From the IMG/VR virus record IMGVR_UViG_3300043548_000722, positions 1 through 64,000 of that record: a DNA stretch of 64,000 nucleotides. One strand, 5' to 3'. The position numbers and the translations under genes are program-made. The stretch is from a virus. Shown here piece after piece: positions 1 to 8,752 of the stretch (positions within the stretch are counted from its first letter, which is position 1; each line of letters starts with the position of its first letter). The notes under the pieces were generated by a model. The model worked only from the letters and a program-made list of their open reading frames with translations, was not told the DNA's origin and made no database searches.

Positions 1-272
1 CGTGCGCCGACCTGCGACTCGTCGATGTTGATCTCATCGATGTTGTCGCGCGGATCGGGGAACTCGGCCTGCGTGATCGCAAGAGAGGTCTGCGTGTACC
101 GCTGTGTGGTGTACTCGGCATCGCCGTTGACCGCGCCAGAGCTGTCAATCGCGTTCACGATCTGGTAGCAGGGGCCGACAACCACCGGGTTGAGGGTAGG
201 AGTTGCGACCGCAGCAGGAGTCTCACGGAGCTCCTGAACCACGATGACGCCGGGGCGGTTTTCACTTGCCAT
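1..272 (-). CDS. tail sheath protein, N-terminal part (runs off the left edge)
   Basis: Not in the ORF track. Manual translation from ATG at 272 (SD AGGAG) gives MASENRPGVIVVQELRETPAAVATPTLNPVVVGPCYQIV..., open to the edge. RPGV-x-V-x-E start and VVG are typical of sheath N-termini, and it follows the neck genes. Confidence 0.65.
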   Translation of the reverse strand, partial: MASENRPGVIVVQELRETPAAVATPTLNPVVVGPCYQIVNAIDSSGAVNGDAEYTTQRYTQTSLAITQAEFPDPRDNIDEINIDESQVGA

Positions 273-284
273 TGGAGGTCACTC

Positions 285-1124
285 CTATTCGTCCTGGAAG
301 TCTTCAAGACCGGAGATTTGGAAATCTTCGATCCCTTCGTGGATGGTCTCAGTCACCGGCTGATGGTAGGTCGGAATCCCGTTACTTCTGTCGACGATTC
401 TACCACCACCAAGGCGCCGCACGCGGACATCATCGGTGTTCATCGCCAATCGTATAGAAGCAATGGTCTCGTCCGGTGTGAATTCGTACTCTGATGCGCG
501 TCTCGATCCTGTGATTAGGTCGAGAGACCTGAACTGGGCAGACTGTTTTGGACTGGTTTCCCAGGTCCATTGAAGTTGGAAGGGGATGTTAACCTGGCAC
601 ATGATCAGCTGCCCGGGGTCGCCGACAACAAGCTGACCTGGAGGACTGGGAGAGTTTACCGTAGGAGAGGGCCGTGCGATAGAGTAAAACCCACCTGGAC
701 TCTCCAACAGCCGCTGATTGACGCGAGTGTGGTGTGAGACGAGGTGCGCAAGCCGCATGGCGACGATGTCAGAATCTGCGAGCGTGTAGACGACAAGGTA
801 CCCAGAAAGAAGATCTGTCCTCTTTCGGGCTCCATTGTTCATGTTGTAGGACAGCAAGTTGTCGATGCCGATACCTGCATACTGGTAGGGTCCCATCACA
901 ACGGTGAGAGCGGGTCTCTTGCCCACTACTTCCGTATTTAGGGGAGCCTGTCCTCGAATGAGAATCTCTGAAACCTCATCGTCTGGTTCCCAGTGGAATG
1001 TTCCGGCTGGCATCCAGTTAAAGAGGCCCTGAAGATATTGCACATACAGACGCATCGCGTAGACAGCGGGATCATCTCCCCTGCCTACTTCAAGTGCGGC
1101 GCGTCGTGTATGCGCGAAGCTCAC
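285..1124 (-). CDS. putative tail terminator / neck protein
   Basis: 279 aa between head-completion genes and the sheath; RPALTVVMG-type strand. Function is from synteny only. Confidence 0.45.
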   Translation of the reverse strand: MSFAHTRRAALEVGRGDDPAVYAMRLYVQYLQGLFNWMPAGTFHWEPDDEVSEILIRGQAPLNTEVVGKRPALTVVMGPYQYAGIGIDNLLSYNMNNGARKRTDLLSGYLVVYTLADSDIVAMRLAHLVSHHTRVNQRLLESPGGFYSIARPSPTVNSPSPPGQLVVGDPGQLIMCQVNIPFQLQWTWETSPKQSAQFRSLDLITGSRRASEYEFTPDETIASIRLAMNTDDVRVRRLGGGRIVDRSNGIPTYHQPVTETIHEGIEDFQISGLEDFQDE

Positions 1125-1417
1125 TAGGAATTCTCGTATTTGTCTTGAAGGTGCTTAGCTAGCGTGAATGACCCAACACCAGCAGCCGTGCCTGCCGCGC
1201 TGCCCAGCAGCCCAGAGACTGCCGCCAACACACGATCTCTCTTTGTGGGACTCATTCTAGCCAGGCGAGAGACAACACCCGGAGTCTGCAGGGCCTCGCG
1301 AGCAAGTAGTCCACCTCCAATACCTCCAAGCAAGGTACCGGCACCTGTCGCCAGTGCCGGCAGCGCCACGATCTCTGCAATATCCGCAGATCTTTTATTC
1401 TTTGGCTCGTCACTCAT
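1124..1417 (-). CDS. small glycine-zipper hydrophobic protein
   Basis: 97 aa with two Gly-rich hydrophobic segments (LATGAGTLLGGIGGGLLA; VSGLLGSAAGTAAGVGSF); translationally coupled to both neighbours. Confidence 0.6.
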   Translation of the reverse strand: MSDEPKNKRSADIAEIVALPALATGAGTLLGGIGGGLLAREALQTPGVVSRLARMSPTKRDRVLAAVSGLLGSAAGTAAGVGSFTLAKHLQDKYENS

Positions 1418-2292
1418 GATCGTACTCCATACAGAGAGAATGCGTCGAACTCAGAGGCTTTGGATGCTTCCTGGGACTGGGCATTTTGAAAATTACGTCT
1501 TGGAGATAATACTACCGTCGATGTGTCCACTTTTAAAGGAATCTTGTCCTCAATAGAGCCTTTCTGGATAAGGACCATCTTAACCTCTGCTCGAACACGA
1601 ACCCCGGACATGGAGGTGCCTCCCGACTCCACCACCCGAAATCGTCTATTCTGATGATCTATAACCAGATCTAACGGCTTGATTGCCGGACTTGGTCCGC
1701 ATCGAAGCTGCGCCATCTGCACTCTACGGTGATCCTCGCTTGATACCTGCTCCGCCTCCGGAACGGGATCAATCTGAGCCCAGAAGGCTGTTGGGTAGTG
1801 GTATCCCCCGCTAAAGCCAGTGCCCCAACAAGTGGGGCAGCGAGTATCTACCGTCTTTCCGAGTACGGAATCATAGCAGTTTGGGCACCGTTGGCCAAAC
1901 GATCGTCTGGGAAAGAGCCAGCAGCGAACCCCCACGAACTCTTCAAAGAGCACCCGCTCCAGTCGGATCATCTCCGTCGCTAGAATGTTTGGGCTTCCTT
2001 CCCGGTCAAATGTCGCCGAGTAGACGACACGATCTGTAGGAACGTGTCGACACCGGACCCGATAAAAAAGAGTGCGCGCGTTTGTGGTGATTGCATGAAC
2101 CGCGTTGTCTCGGATCATATACTGATCGATCAGTGGGCCGGCAATCGTGTCCCACGGACCTGCCTCCGCCTCAGAGCGTTCCACATAAAACTCGTACTGC
2201 TGTACGTCCTCAGTGGTCGGCTCGATCTCCCAGAACACGTCATTGTAATTTATGGAGAAAGAAACAACGCGTTCGTTACGGAGCAGCAGCAC
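1414..2292 (-). CDS. putative head-closure/neck protein with Zn ribbon
   Basis: GTG start with SD AGGAG; CPNC...CPTCWGTGFSGGY zinc-finger; lies downstream of the capsid and adaptor genes. Confidence 0.5.
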   Translation of the reverse strand: MLLLRNERVVSFSINYNDVFWEIEPTTEDVQQYEFYVERSEAEAGPWDTIAGPLIDQYMIRDNAVHAITTNARTLFYRVRCRHVPTDRVVYSATFDREGSPNILATEMIRLERVLFEEFVGVRCWLFPRRSFGQRCPNCYDSVLGKTVDTRCPTCWGTGFSGGYHYPTAFWAQIDPVPEAEQVSSEDHRRVQMAQLRCGPSPAIKPLDLVIDHQNRRFRVVESGGTSMSGVRVRAEVKMVLIQKGSIEDKIPLKVDTSTVVLSPRRNFQNAQSQEASKASEFDAFSLYGVRS

Positions 2293-2294
2293 GT

Positions 2295-2774
2295 TTAGCT
2301 CCTCAAGGAGGATCGCATGAGGCCCGCAGTCCCCAGCCCGACACCAGTTCCAAAGAGGGCCGCAAATGCTTTCGGGTTCTCCTTCTCAAGCTCTGCGATC
2401 TTCCGGTTGATTTCCAGAAACTTTTTCTTATATTCTGGCGTAATATCACCCACACTGTCCGCCTGGTTGTACTGTGCCTCTGTAACTAAGTTCTTACGCT
2501 CTCGTTTTGTCAGTCCAGACTCGTTGGGAGCAGTCCCCTTGTAGGTGAGGACTCCAGCAGGCACGCCCGTCAGCAACGCAGCAGCTCCGGTAATCGTACG
2601 GTTGTCTCTGATGAAGTCCTTCAATTTATGGAGACGGCGCGCGCTGGCCGTCTTCTCAGCACCACGAAGCTCTGCCCAGTACTCGACAGCAGCAAGCTGG
2701 CGCTCCATAGGAGATGCCGACTTCCACAGAGCGTCCGGAATATCCGAATGGGGATTGGTAAATAGATCTTCCAC
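2295..2774 (-). CDS. KxAS-motif glycine-zipper protein
   Basis: Track ORF 2295..2807; likelier start is GTG 2774 (SD GAGG). Has KSAS and EKTAS followed by two Gly-rich hydrophobic segments. Confidence 0.6.
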   Translation of the reverse strand: MEDLFTNPHSDIPDALWKSASPMERQLAAVEYWAELRGAEKTASARRLHKLKDFIRDNRTITGAAALLTGVPAGVLTYKGTAPNESGLTKRERKNLVTEAQYNQADSVGDITPEYKKKFLEINRKIAELEKENPKAFAALFGTGVGLGTAGLMRSSLRS

Positions 2775-2781
2775 GGAAGCC

Positions 2782-3282
2782 TCAGAAGTTCGAGAAGTAG
2801 ACGCCATTGATGACGAAGTACTCAGACTCTACACCACCGCCTTCGAAGGCGTACTCTACGTTCAGCGAAGACTTCACCCGCATCTTCTTTTGTTCGTAGG
2901 AATTGCGGAGCATCTGAATCCAGCCCATCAAGAACTGAGACTTGTCAGACACCGAGACGGAGATTCCTCCGTCCGAGTAGTTCATCTGGTTCCGCAGCTG
3001 AAGGAGTCCGACTGATTCCAGAATGCGAATGACTGCCGCCTCCCTCAGCATGCTGAGGGAGGGGAAGTTCTTGAGCCCTACATTCCCAATGAACGGTGGA
3101 GTCGAGTTGTAGTCGTCGATGGCGTCCACAACTGCCCACGCGATCATGCGATCGCTGGTCTCCTCGCCAGAGATCAGACGATTGAGTTCGGGGAAGTCGC
3201 GCAGGTAGAGGCGAATCATCGCCACGACCTCGTTCATCCTCTTGCTCGCCGAGGGAATGACTGTAGTGCTCTCAAAGGACAT
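2782..3282 (-). CDS. putative head-tail adaptor protein
   Basis: 166 aa helical protein (IRLYLRD...YSDGGISVS) with the size and position of an adaptor after the MCP. Confidence 0.55.
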   Translation of the reverse strand: MSFESTTVIPSASKRMNEVVAMIRLYLRDFPELNRLISGEETSDRMIAWAVVDAIDDYNSTPPFIGNVGLKNFPSLSMLREAAVIRILESVGLLQLRNQMNYSDGGISVSVSDKSQFLMGWIQMLRNSYEQKKMRVKSSLNVEYAFEGGGVESEYFVINGVYFSNF

Positions 3283-3749
3283 CAGTCTCTCTCCTCAAAG
3301 TCCGTTCCGCGCTTGGCCCACCGGCGAAGCCAGAAGAAGGACTCCGGGTTTACCTGCACGCCGTCCTTGAAGATCGCACGAGACAGCAGGATGGCCAGCA
3401 TCTGCGGTCCAGGCGACTTGTTGAACACAAGAGGAGGGGAGATCTGCTGACACAGCCCGAGAAGATCCTCCTTCTCCAGTGTGCGCAGATACGCCAGCGC
3501 CTCATCCTGCGTCATCGGCGTCGTGGTCACCTGTAGATTGCGAAGCGCACTCTTGCTCGTCGAAGTGAACTTCGGAGGAAGCGTGCGTCCGATCCACAGG
3601 TGCGACCCGTGCAGCTTACGGACCTTTTCGCTGATGTCCCCTTCGGGGATCTCAGAAAACTTGCCGGGGCGGATGAGAGTGTTGCCCACGCAGATTGCGG
3701 TCGGGAGGGACGCGGTGTTCGGCCGGTCACTGATGTTGTGGACGATCAT
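3282..3749 (-). CDS. hypothetical protein (morphogenesis region)
   Basis: 155 aa ORF coupled to both neighbours. Confidence 0.55.
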   Translation of the reverse strand: MIVHNISDRPNTASLPTAICVGNTLIRPGKFSEIPEGDISEKVRKLHGSHLWIGRTLPPKFTSTSKSALRNLQVTTTPMTQDEALAYLRTLEKEDLLGLCQQISPPLVFNKSPGPQMLAILLSRAIFKDGVQVNPESFFWLRRWAKRGTDFEERD

Positions 3750-4318
3750 GCGATCCTCTCAAGGATGGCGTCGACAAGCTGGGACTTGGAGAGACCTGTA
3801 CCATTGCCACCGCCGACCTCAGCCAACTTGGCGCGCAGCTTGGCATTGGTCAGCTCGAGCAAAGACTCGCGGAGTCCAGGTGCGCCCTCGTCCTCCGCCC
3901 ACGTAAGGCTCTCGGGAGCGGCCTCGGGATCCTCTACGGTAGGCTCCTCTACGGGAGGTGCCTCCACAGTAGGAGATACCGCAATCGGTTCCGGCGGTGC
4001 GGGAGGAGTTTCTACGACAGGAGGCGGCGCAGCCACCTCGGGTGCCGCTACTTCGGCAGACAACAGCCCGCGAAGATGAGACTCGGACAACTCCGCAAAC
4101 GGGGATGCCGAAAACACGCGGACTACGCCGCAAGAGATCAGCTCAATGATGTAGCGCACATCAGCAGGCTGGAGCACCGAAGTGTCCACGTTCCGACTGC
4201 GGCGCGGTGGAAGATGGGCACCCGCAATCACCGGAGACGGCGTCACGGAGCCGGGATTGCGACGTCGAATCTCATGCGTGCTCGGATCACGTACGACGTT
4301 CTGGATGACGATCTTCAT
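3746..4318 (-). CDS. hypothetical protein with Pro/Glu-rich linker and C-terminal Rho-N/HeH-like motif
   Basis: Start reassigned to ATG 4318 (SD AGAGG) because the track start lies inside the post-MCP hairpins. C-terminus LTNAKLRAKLAEVG...LSKSQLVDAIL. Confidence 0.6.
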   Translation of the reverse strand: MKIVIQNVVRDPSTHEIRRRNPGSVTPSPVIAGAHLPPRRSRNVDTSVLQPADVRYIIELISCGVVRVFSASPFAELSESHLRGLLSAEVAAPEVAAPPPVVETPPAPPEPIAVSPTVEAPPVEEPTVEDPEAAPESLTWAEDEGAPGLRESLLELTNAKLRAKLAEVGGGNGTGLSKSQLVDAILERIA

Positions 4319-4334
4319 GTGTTGTCCTCTAAGT

Positions 4335-4389
4335 AAAAAGCCCCGGCCCGACAGGCGGACCGGGGCCAATGAGACCGTCCCCGGTCTCA
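4335..4389 (-). terminator. tandem hairpins and intrinsic terminator after the major capsid gene
   Basis: Minus strand reads TGAGACCG-GGGA-CGGTCTCA (GNRA loop), then GCCCCGGTCCG-CCTGT-CGGGCCGGGGC followed by TTTTT. Confidence 0.8.
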
Positions 4390-4392
4390 ACG

Positions 4393-5523
4393 TCAGAAGA
4401 CGTTGATGTTCGGGAAGGTCAGGCCCTCAGCGACCTTGTTGTTGAGCGCGCCGATGGCGCTCTCCTCAACAGGGATGACCGACGTGGCGCTGGCGTCTGT
4501 CGCATCGCCCGGGTAGAGCTCGAGCTTGACGACGGCGGCGATGTTGCCAAAGCCCATGCCGACGTCCATCCAGGCCTGCCAGAAGATGCGGTTCGCGACC
4601 TTGTCGATGTAGAACTTCACGTCGTTCAGCGTGTAGTTCCGGCCGAAGAACTCCGGGGCCGTGAAGACGTAGACGTTCCCCTCGCGGAGGATGTCGTTCT
4701 TGATGGTCCGGATGATCCGAAGGCCCAACACCTTGTTGTAGGTGTAGCCATCGAGCGCCGTCTCGCTCTGGAGACGATCGCCGTAGTCCTCGTGGGTCCA
4801 CTGGTCGAAATCGTCCGCATCGCTCTCGGTCATGAGCATCAGAGCGGGCCGCAGGCGGCCAGCGCGGATGGTCTCACTGCCGACGACGATCTGGCGCTTC
4901 AGGAGCTTCTTGATGTTCACGATGTCAGCGCGCTGAATCGCGTACACGTCGAAGTCCGTGGCCGAGCCGCCCGACTGGGTCGCGAGAACGCCCTTGATCT
5001 TCGAGACGGTGAGCTGGCCACCGGCGACAGAGAAGGCAGCAGAGCCAGAGTTGCCCTCGGCCTGCATGGCGTTGACGCAGGACTCGACGTGGTTCAGGAA
5101 CTCGCGATCCTTCACCTCGACCATGTCCTTGAGGCTGTTCTCCTCGATGATGCGCGTGATGGGCATCTCGTAGGCCATCAGCTCCTGCTCAACGATCTCG
5201 AACTTGAGGGACGAGATGGTGAAGAAGGAGATGGCGTACCGCTTGCCATTCACGTACTCAGCCGTCGGCTGACCGCGGAAGTTCACGGCCATCGCCCGGG
5301 AGCCCGGCTCAATGTCCACGATCTTCACGAGCGTGTCATGCTCGGTGGAACGCTGAAGGTCGCCACGCACAACACGCTCGTTCGGAACGATCATGTCGGC
5401 GAAGCTGGACTCGCGGAGGCGGTCCTTGATGTAGTTGAGAGAGGCGGCTGCGGTCTTCGTTGGACCCTCGGTCTCGAGGCGCTCAATGAAGCCCGAGTTC
5501 ACCATATCTGCGGAGTAGTCCAT
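4393..5523 (-). CDS. major capsid protein (HK97 fold)
   Basis: 376 aa with strongly biased codons, SD AGGAG, followed by a terminator. Gene order is protease-scaffold-decoration-MCP. Confidence 0.8.
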   Translation of the reverse strand: MDYSADMVNSGFIERLETEGPTKTAAASLNYIKDRLRESSFADMIVPNERVVRGDLQRSTEHDTLVKIVDIEPGSRAMAVNFRGQPTAEYVNGKRYAISFFTISSLKFEIVEQELMAYEMPITRIIEENSLKDMVEVKDREFLNHVESCVNAMQAEGNSGSAAFSVAGGQLTVSKIKGVLATQSGGSATDFDVYAIQRADIVNIKKLLKRQIVVGSETIRAGRLRPALMLMTESDADDFDQWTHEDYGDRLQSETALDGYTYNKVLGLRIIRTIKNDILREGNVYVFTAPEFFGRNYTLNDVKFYIDKVANRIFWQAWMDVGMGFGNIAAVVKLELYPGDATDASATSVIPVEESAIGALNNKVAEGLTFPNINVF

Positions 5524-5551
5524 GGTGTTCTCCTACGGGACGTTGGGTCGA

Positions 5552-6142
5552 TTAGAGGTAGCCGGGCTGGAACAGCACGGTTGCGTCGTTGGTGCCGTGA
5601 ACCTGCATGATGACGCCAGCGTACCAATCTCCTGAAGCGGGAGTTACGCCGTCACCCACCGCACTCTCAGAGACGAGGGCAGCAACCTGACGGCCGCTGG
5701 AGTCATTGCAGAGCTGGACGAAGCATCGCTCGCCAGCGTGGCCGGAAGCACAGACAATCATCTTAGTCCGGAATTCGAAACCGACTGGACCAGTGATGCA
5801 GTGTGCCTTCCGGGTAAGCTGCGCGTCGTAGCGCCCGCGCTCCTGGAAGTACAGGAAGCAGGGAGTCGTCGCTAGGTCGTTGCCGCTACCCGCGGTAGAC
5901 ACCGCGACGGAGAGAGCTGCGGGGGAAGCAGCGTCGTAAGCGACGTTAGCAGCTGCGCGCTTCAGTTTGCCGGTACCGTCGAAAGTCAGCCACTCGCCCT
6001 CTTGCAGCGGGTGCGTGGAATCAGGATTGAAGGGATTCGCAGAAGCGCCCCCATCAACGTTCGCGACAACGGTGTACCCGAGGTCGCGCGTGTAGAGGGT
6101 AGAGTACCCAGGATTCAGAATGGTGACGAACTGTCCAGCCAT
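5552..6142 (-). CDS. putative capsid decoration/cement protein
   Basis: 196 aa beta-rich protein directly upstream of the MCP; SD AGGAG. Confidence 0.5.
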   Translation of the reverse strand: MAGQFVTILNPGYSTLYTRDLGYTVVANVDGGASANPFNPDSTHPLQEGEWLTFDGTGKLKRAAANVAYDAASPAALSVAVSTAGSGNDLATTPCFLYFQERGRYDAQLTRKAHCITGPVGFEFRTKMIVCASGHAGERCFVQLCNDSSGRQVAALVSESAVGDGVTPASGDWYAGVIMQVHGTNDATVLFQPGYL

Positions 6143-6154
6143 GGTTGGCTCCTA

Positions 6155-6520
6155 TTACTCGCCAGTGAGGCAGAAGGAAGTGAGGGGGTCAAGAGCCGAC
6201 CTGCCAGGACGGTCCGATAGATCAGCGATGCGAACATTGCCCGCGCTCGCCATCTTCACAGCCTCCCTGACGTTCTCAAGCTGCGCATGACCCCGGAGAT
6301 GCGCAATCTTCTCATCGAACGTCATGTGGGCGTTGAGGCCCTTGTCTTCCATCTCACGCGCGAGCTCAGCAACCTGAGAGTCGCGTGCAATAGAAGCAAG
6401 CTTTGTGCGGAGCTGGATGTTCTCCTGCTCCAGGCTCGCGACCTTTTCGGTCAGCGAGCGAATGGCAGCAGCACCTTTTGCGGAGACTACAGCCAGTTCT
6501 GCATGTCCGATCTTGAGCAT
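6155..6520 (-). CDS. putative scaffold protein (coiled coil, three KxAS)
   Basis: Start reassigned to ATG 6520 (SD GAGG). Coiled coil LTEKVASLEQENIQLRTKLAS, plus KMAS; sits just before decoration and MCP. Confidence 0.5.
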   Translation of the reverse strand: MLKIGHAELAVVSAKGAAAIRSLTEKVASLEQENIQLRTKLASIARDSQVAELAREMEDKGLNAHMTFDEKIAHLRGHAQLENVREAVKMASAGNVRIADLSDRPGRSALDPLTSFCLTGE

Positions 6521-6534
6521 TGCAGTCCTCGCGG

Positions 6535-7131
6535 TTAAAACTTTCTGAGTAGTTGGTCCAGTCGAGCCTGCCTCGCCTGGGATTCTGTCATCTGCATTGG
6601 CGAAGATGCAACCTTCGCGTGGGGAGATTGTAGCGGAGAAGTAATCGCTTCGCAAACGCCAATTAGAGCTTGTTTCACATGGGAGCCTAAATCTCCGGAG
6701 TCGATGTGATCGAACAGAACTGAGTACTCCGCGAGAGATGCTGACTTGTTTAGAGAGTGTGTAGTCCTGTTCATTTCATCGCTCACGTTCTCTGCCTGAA
6801 TAGGTAGCACTTCAGATCCGAGACGATAGTTAGGGTCAGGGCGCCTAAAGATTAAGTCTTTAAGAGACCTGTACCGCGCTCTTCCTGGATTTAGAGAGTC
6901 CAGCGTTCTCGACAGCGCCTTACCCGCGCGAAGTCCGTAGTGGCCTTCCGGAGAAGATGGTGCAGTCGACCCTACAAACCCGTGCTCACCTTCAACTTGC
7001 GCTTTGTAGGCGTCAGCACGATCGCCCTTTCCCATCGAGAAAAGAACGCCATCTCCGATATCGTGATAAAGGCGATCCTTATCCTCGTAGAAGACTGGGG
7101 CGGCGGCATGTTTTTTACGAGACGGGCTCAT
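6535..7131 (-). CDS. KxAS-motif head-region protein
   Basis: 198 aa; NKSAS, VKQA, AKVAS. Confidence 0.55.
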   Translation of the reverse strand: MSPSRKKHAAAPVFYEDKDRLYHDIGDGVLFSMGKGDRADAYKAQVEGEHGFVGSTAPSSPEGHYGLRAGKALSRTLDSLNPGRARYRSLKDLIFRRPDPNYRLGSEVLPIQAENVSDEMNRTTHSLNKSASLAEYSVLFDHIDSGDLGSHVKQALIGVCEAITSPLQSPHAKVASSPMQMTESQARQARLDQLLRKF

Positions 7132-7171
7132 CTTACGCTATCTCCGAGAAGGCCTGCTGTGAGGCGACACA

Positions 7172-8410
7172 CTACTCTCCTCCCTGGACGCCCTCTGCCT
7201 GCATCTGCCTAAGACGATCTGCCGCCGAACGCTTTCTATAGAGGTGGGCTCCCACTCCCGCCGCTGTAGCGAGCCCGGCGGCGCCTGCGGCCAGCCCAAG
7301 GTTTCTGCGGGTAAGGAATCTCCCCATTCCCTGGTTCGGAGCAGCGTCCATTGATCGCCCGAGTGTTTCCGCAGCCTCCACCGGCGCAGAGCTCATATCC
7401 ACAGCAGCTGCTGGCACCGACGCCGGCGCAGAGCTCATATCCACAGCAGCTGCTGGCACCTCCGGCCATCCAGGCCTGCCAACCCTGCCTGGAATGTACC
7501 TTTCCGATGGATGAGGAGGTATCTCAGCAGGAAACCCCTCCATTTGGGCGAACAGGTCGGGATCATTTTTAGCTATCTCATCCATTGCCTCGTCGAAGGC
7601 CAGTCTACCACTATCGGGGCTGCTCATGAGCCAATCTACAATTTTCTCTCTCTTGTCCGCTGGCAGCCGATTTATGTTGTCCGGAGTCATCCTCTTCTTC
7701 ACTCTAGCTGCCGCATCTTTCAGGTGCCCCATCCGAGCCGCGAGAGGGAAGATCTGCGCTGCGCTCGCATCGCCGAGGGTATCTCCCACATGTGCGAACG
7801 CCTCTGCAAGCCGAGCTCTCGTAGACTTCTTCAAGTTACGCTTGTTTGCAAGGACAGGCCCTTCGTTTGAATGCAAAGTAGCCCGGTAGGTTGAGTTTTC
7901 GTTAGCGGACGTAACTCCGGACAGGGTTTCCGCGTCGGATTCCGCAGGGCCGCCAACACCAGCGGTCTTATTGTTCATCAGGATGTCGTAGAGAGACTGG
8001 CCACCCGCTTGCTTAAACGATTCCCGTAGCGGCTTCTCGCCGTCACGAGTGTTTGCCGTCACGGAGCCGCTGACAGGGCTATTACCCGTGACCAGGCCCT
8101 TCGGTGCAATCCGAGTCTTCCCTTCTGTCGGCGCTACGCCTTGGACTCCGCTGGTAGAGGTGGCGCCCTGTGCGGGACTTGCCATGGCGCTCTTGTAGAA
8201 GTCCCTAATCATTTCCTGACGAAATCCGTCTGCCCGGTTTCCACCCGTTGCACTCAGAGAAACGAACTCGAGCGCACTTGCGACCTCCTGTGCCTCCTTG
8301 ACCAAGGAGGAGCCGGGGCGGGATGCAGTCTTCTCGGCTTCAATCGCCGTGTGGGAACGCGCACGAGCAGCTTCTAGGGCTTGGTCAATCATGCTTCTGT
8401 AGTTGCTCAT
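7172..8410 (-). CDS. KxA-motif head-region protein with C-terminal glycine-zipper segment
   Basis: 412 aa; EKTAS, KEA, KSA, KQA, KTA, KDA; C-terminal LGLAAGAAGLATAAGVGAHLYRKR. Confidence 0.65.
   Translation of the reverse strand: MSNYRSMIDQALEAARARSHTAIEAEKTASRPGSSLVKEAQEVASALEFVSLSATGGNRADGFRQEMIRDFYKSAMASPAQGATSTSGVQGVAPTEGKTRIAPKGLVTGNSPVSGSVTANTRDGEKPLRESFKQAGGQSLYDILMNNKTAGVGGPAESDAETLSGVTSANENSTYRATLHSNEGPVLANKRNLKKSTRARLAEAFAHVGDTLGDASAAQIFPLAARMGHLKDAAARVKKRMTPDNINRLPADKREKIVDWLMSSPDSGRLAFDEAMDEIAKNDPDLFAQMEGFPAEIPPHPSERYIPGRVGRPGWPEVPAAAVDMSSAPASVPAAAVDMSSAPVEAAETLGRSMDAAPNQGMGRFLTRRNLGLAAGAAGLATAAGVGAHLYRKRSAADRLRQMQAEGVQGGE
7381..7460. repeat. tandem duplication, 42-nt period (38 nt identical)
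   Basis: ccggcgcagagctcatatccacagcagctgctggcacc at 7381 and 7423; encodes VPAAAVDMSSAP twice. Confidence 0.95.
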
Positions 8411-8419
8411 GAGGAACCT

Positions 8420-8707
8420 CTACTCGGAGGAAGTTGGAGTCGGGAGAGAAGTGAAGCCGGTTGTGCCGACAGGAGTATTGGATGCGAGGTTGGTAGCTGT
8501 TCTACCAGTGCCGGTCATCGTCGGCTTACCCGGTCCGGCGAGTTGAAATTTGCCGAAGTTTTTACCGGAGGCCGGTTTGGGATTCGGGGGCCCATTTGGC
8601 AAGATTCTATTAGAATTTCCGGGGGTGCGGAGTCCGTCAGTGATTCTGTTCGCCGCTATCTTGGTCAGTTCTGCAAACATGTGCCGAACAACTAAAGAGT
8701 TAAGCAT
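8420..8707 (-). CDS. small ELTKIA-motif protein, low-complexity tail
   Basis: 95 aa; MFAELTKIAA followed by a Pro/Gly/Thr-rich tail; SD AGGA. Confidence 0.55.
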   Translation of the reverse strand: MLNSLVVRHMFAELTKIAANRITDGLRTPGNSNRILPNGPPNPKPASGKNFGKFQLAGPGKPTMTGTGRTATNLASNTPVGTTGFTSLPTPTSSE

Positions 8708-8746
8708 GGCGCCGTCCTAGAATGTGTCGAAGAACGGCGCCATGCT
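8703..8746 (-). promoter_or_regulatory. 16-bp hairpin sequestering the SD and AUG of 8420..8707
   Basis: mRNA AGCAUGGCGCCGUUCU-loop(12)-AGGACGGCGCCAUGCU, one G:U pair, no U-tract. Confidence 0.7.
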
Positions 8747-8752
8747 GATCAC

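Noticed and set aside
4369-5610. Long antisense ORFs (also 26744..27706, 29597..30388, 42709..43650, 50572..51312, 59514..60296)
   Set aside because: Shadow frames of genes with strong codon bias; no motifs or RBS, and the opposite strand has clear genes.
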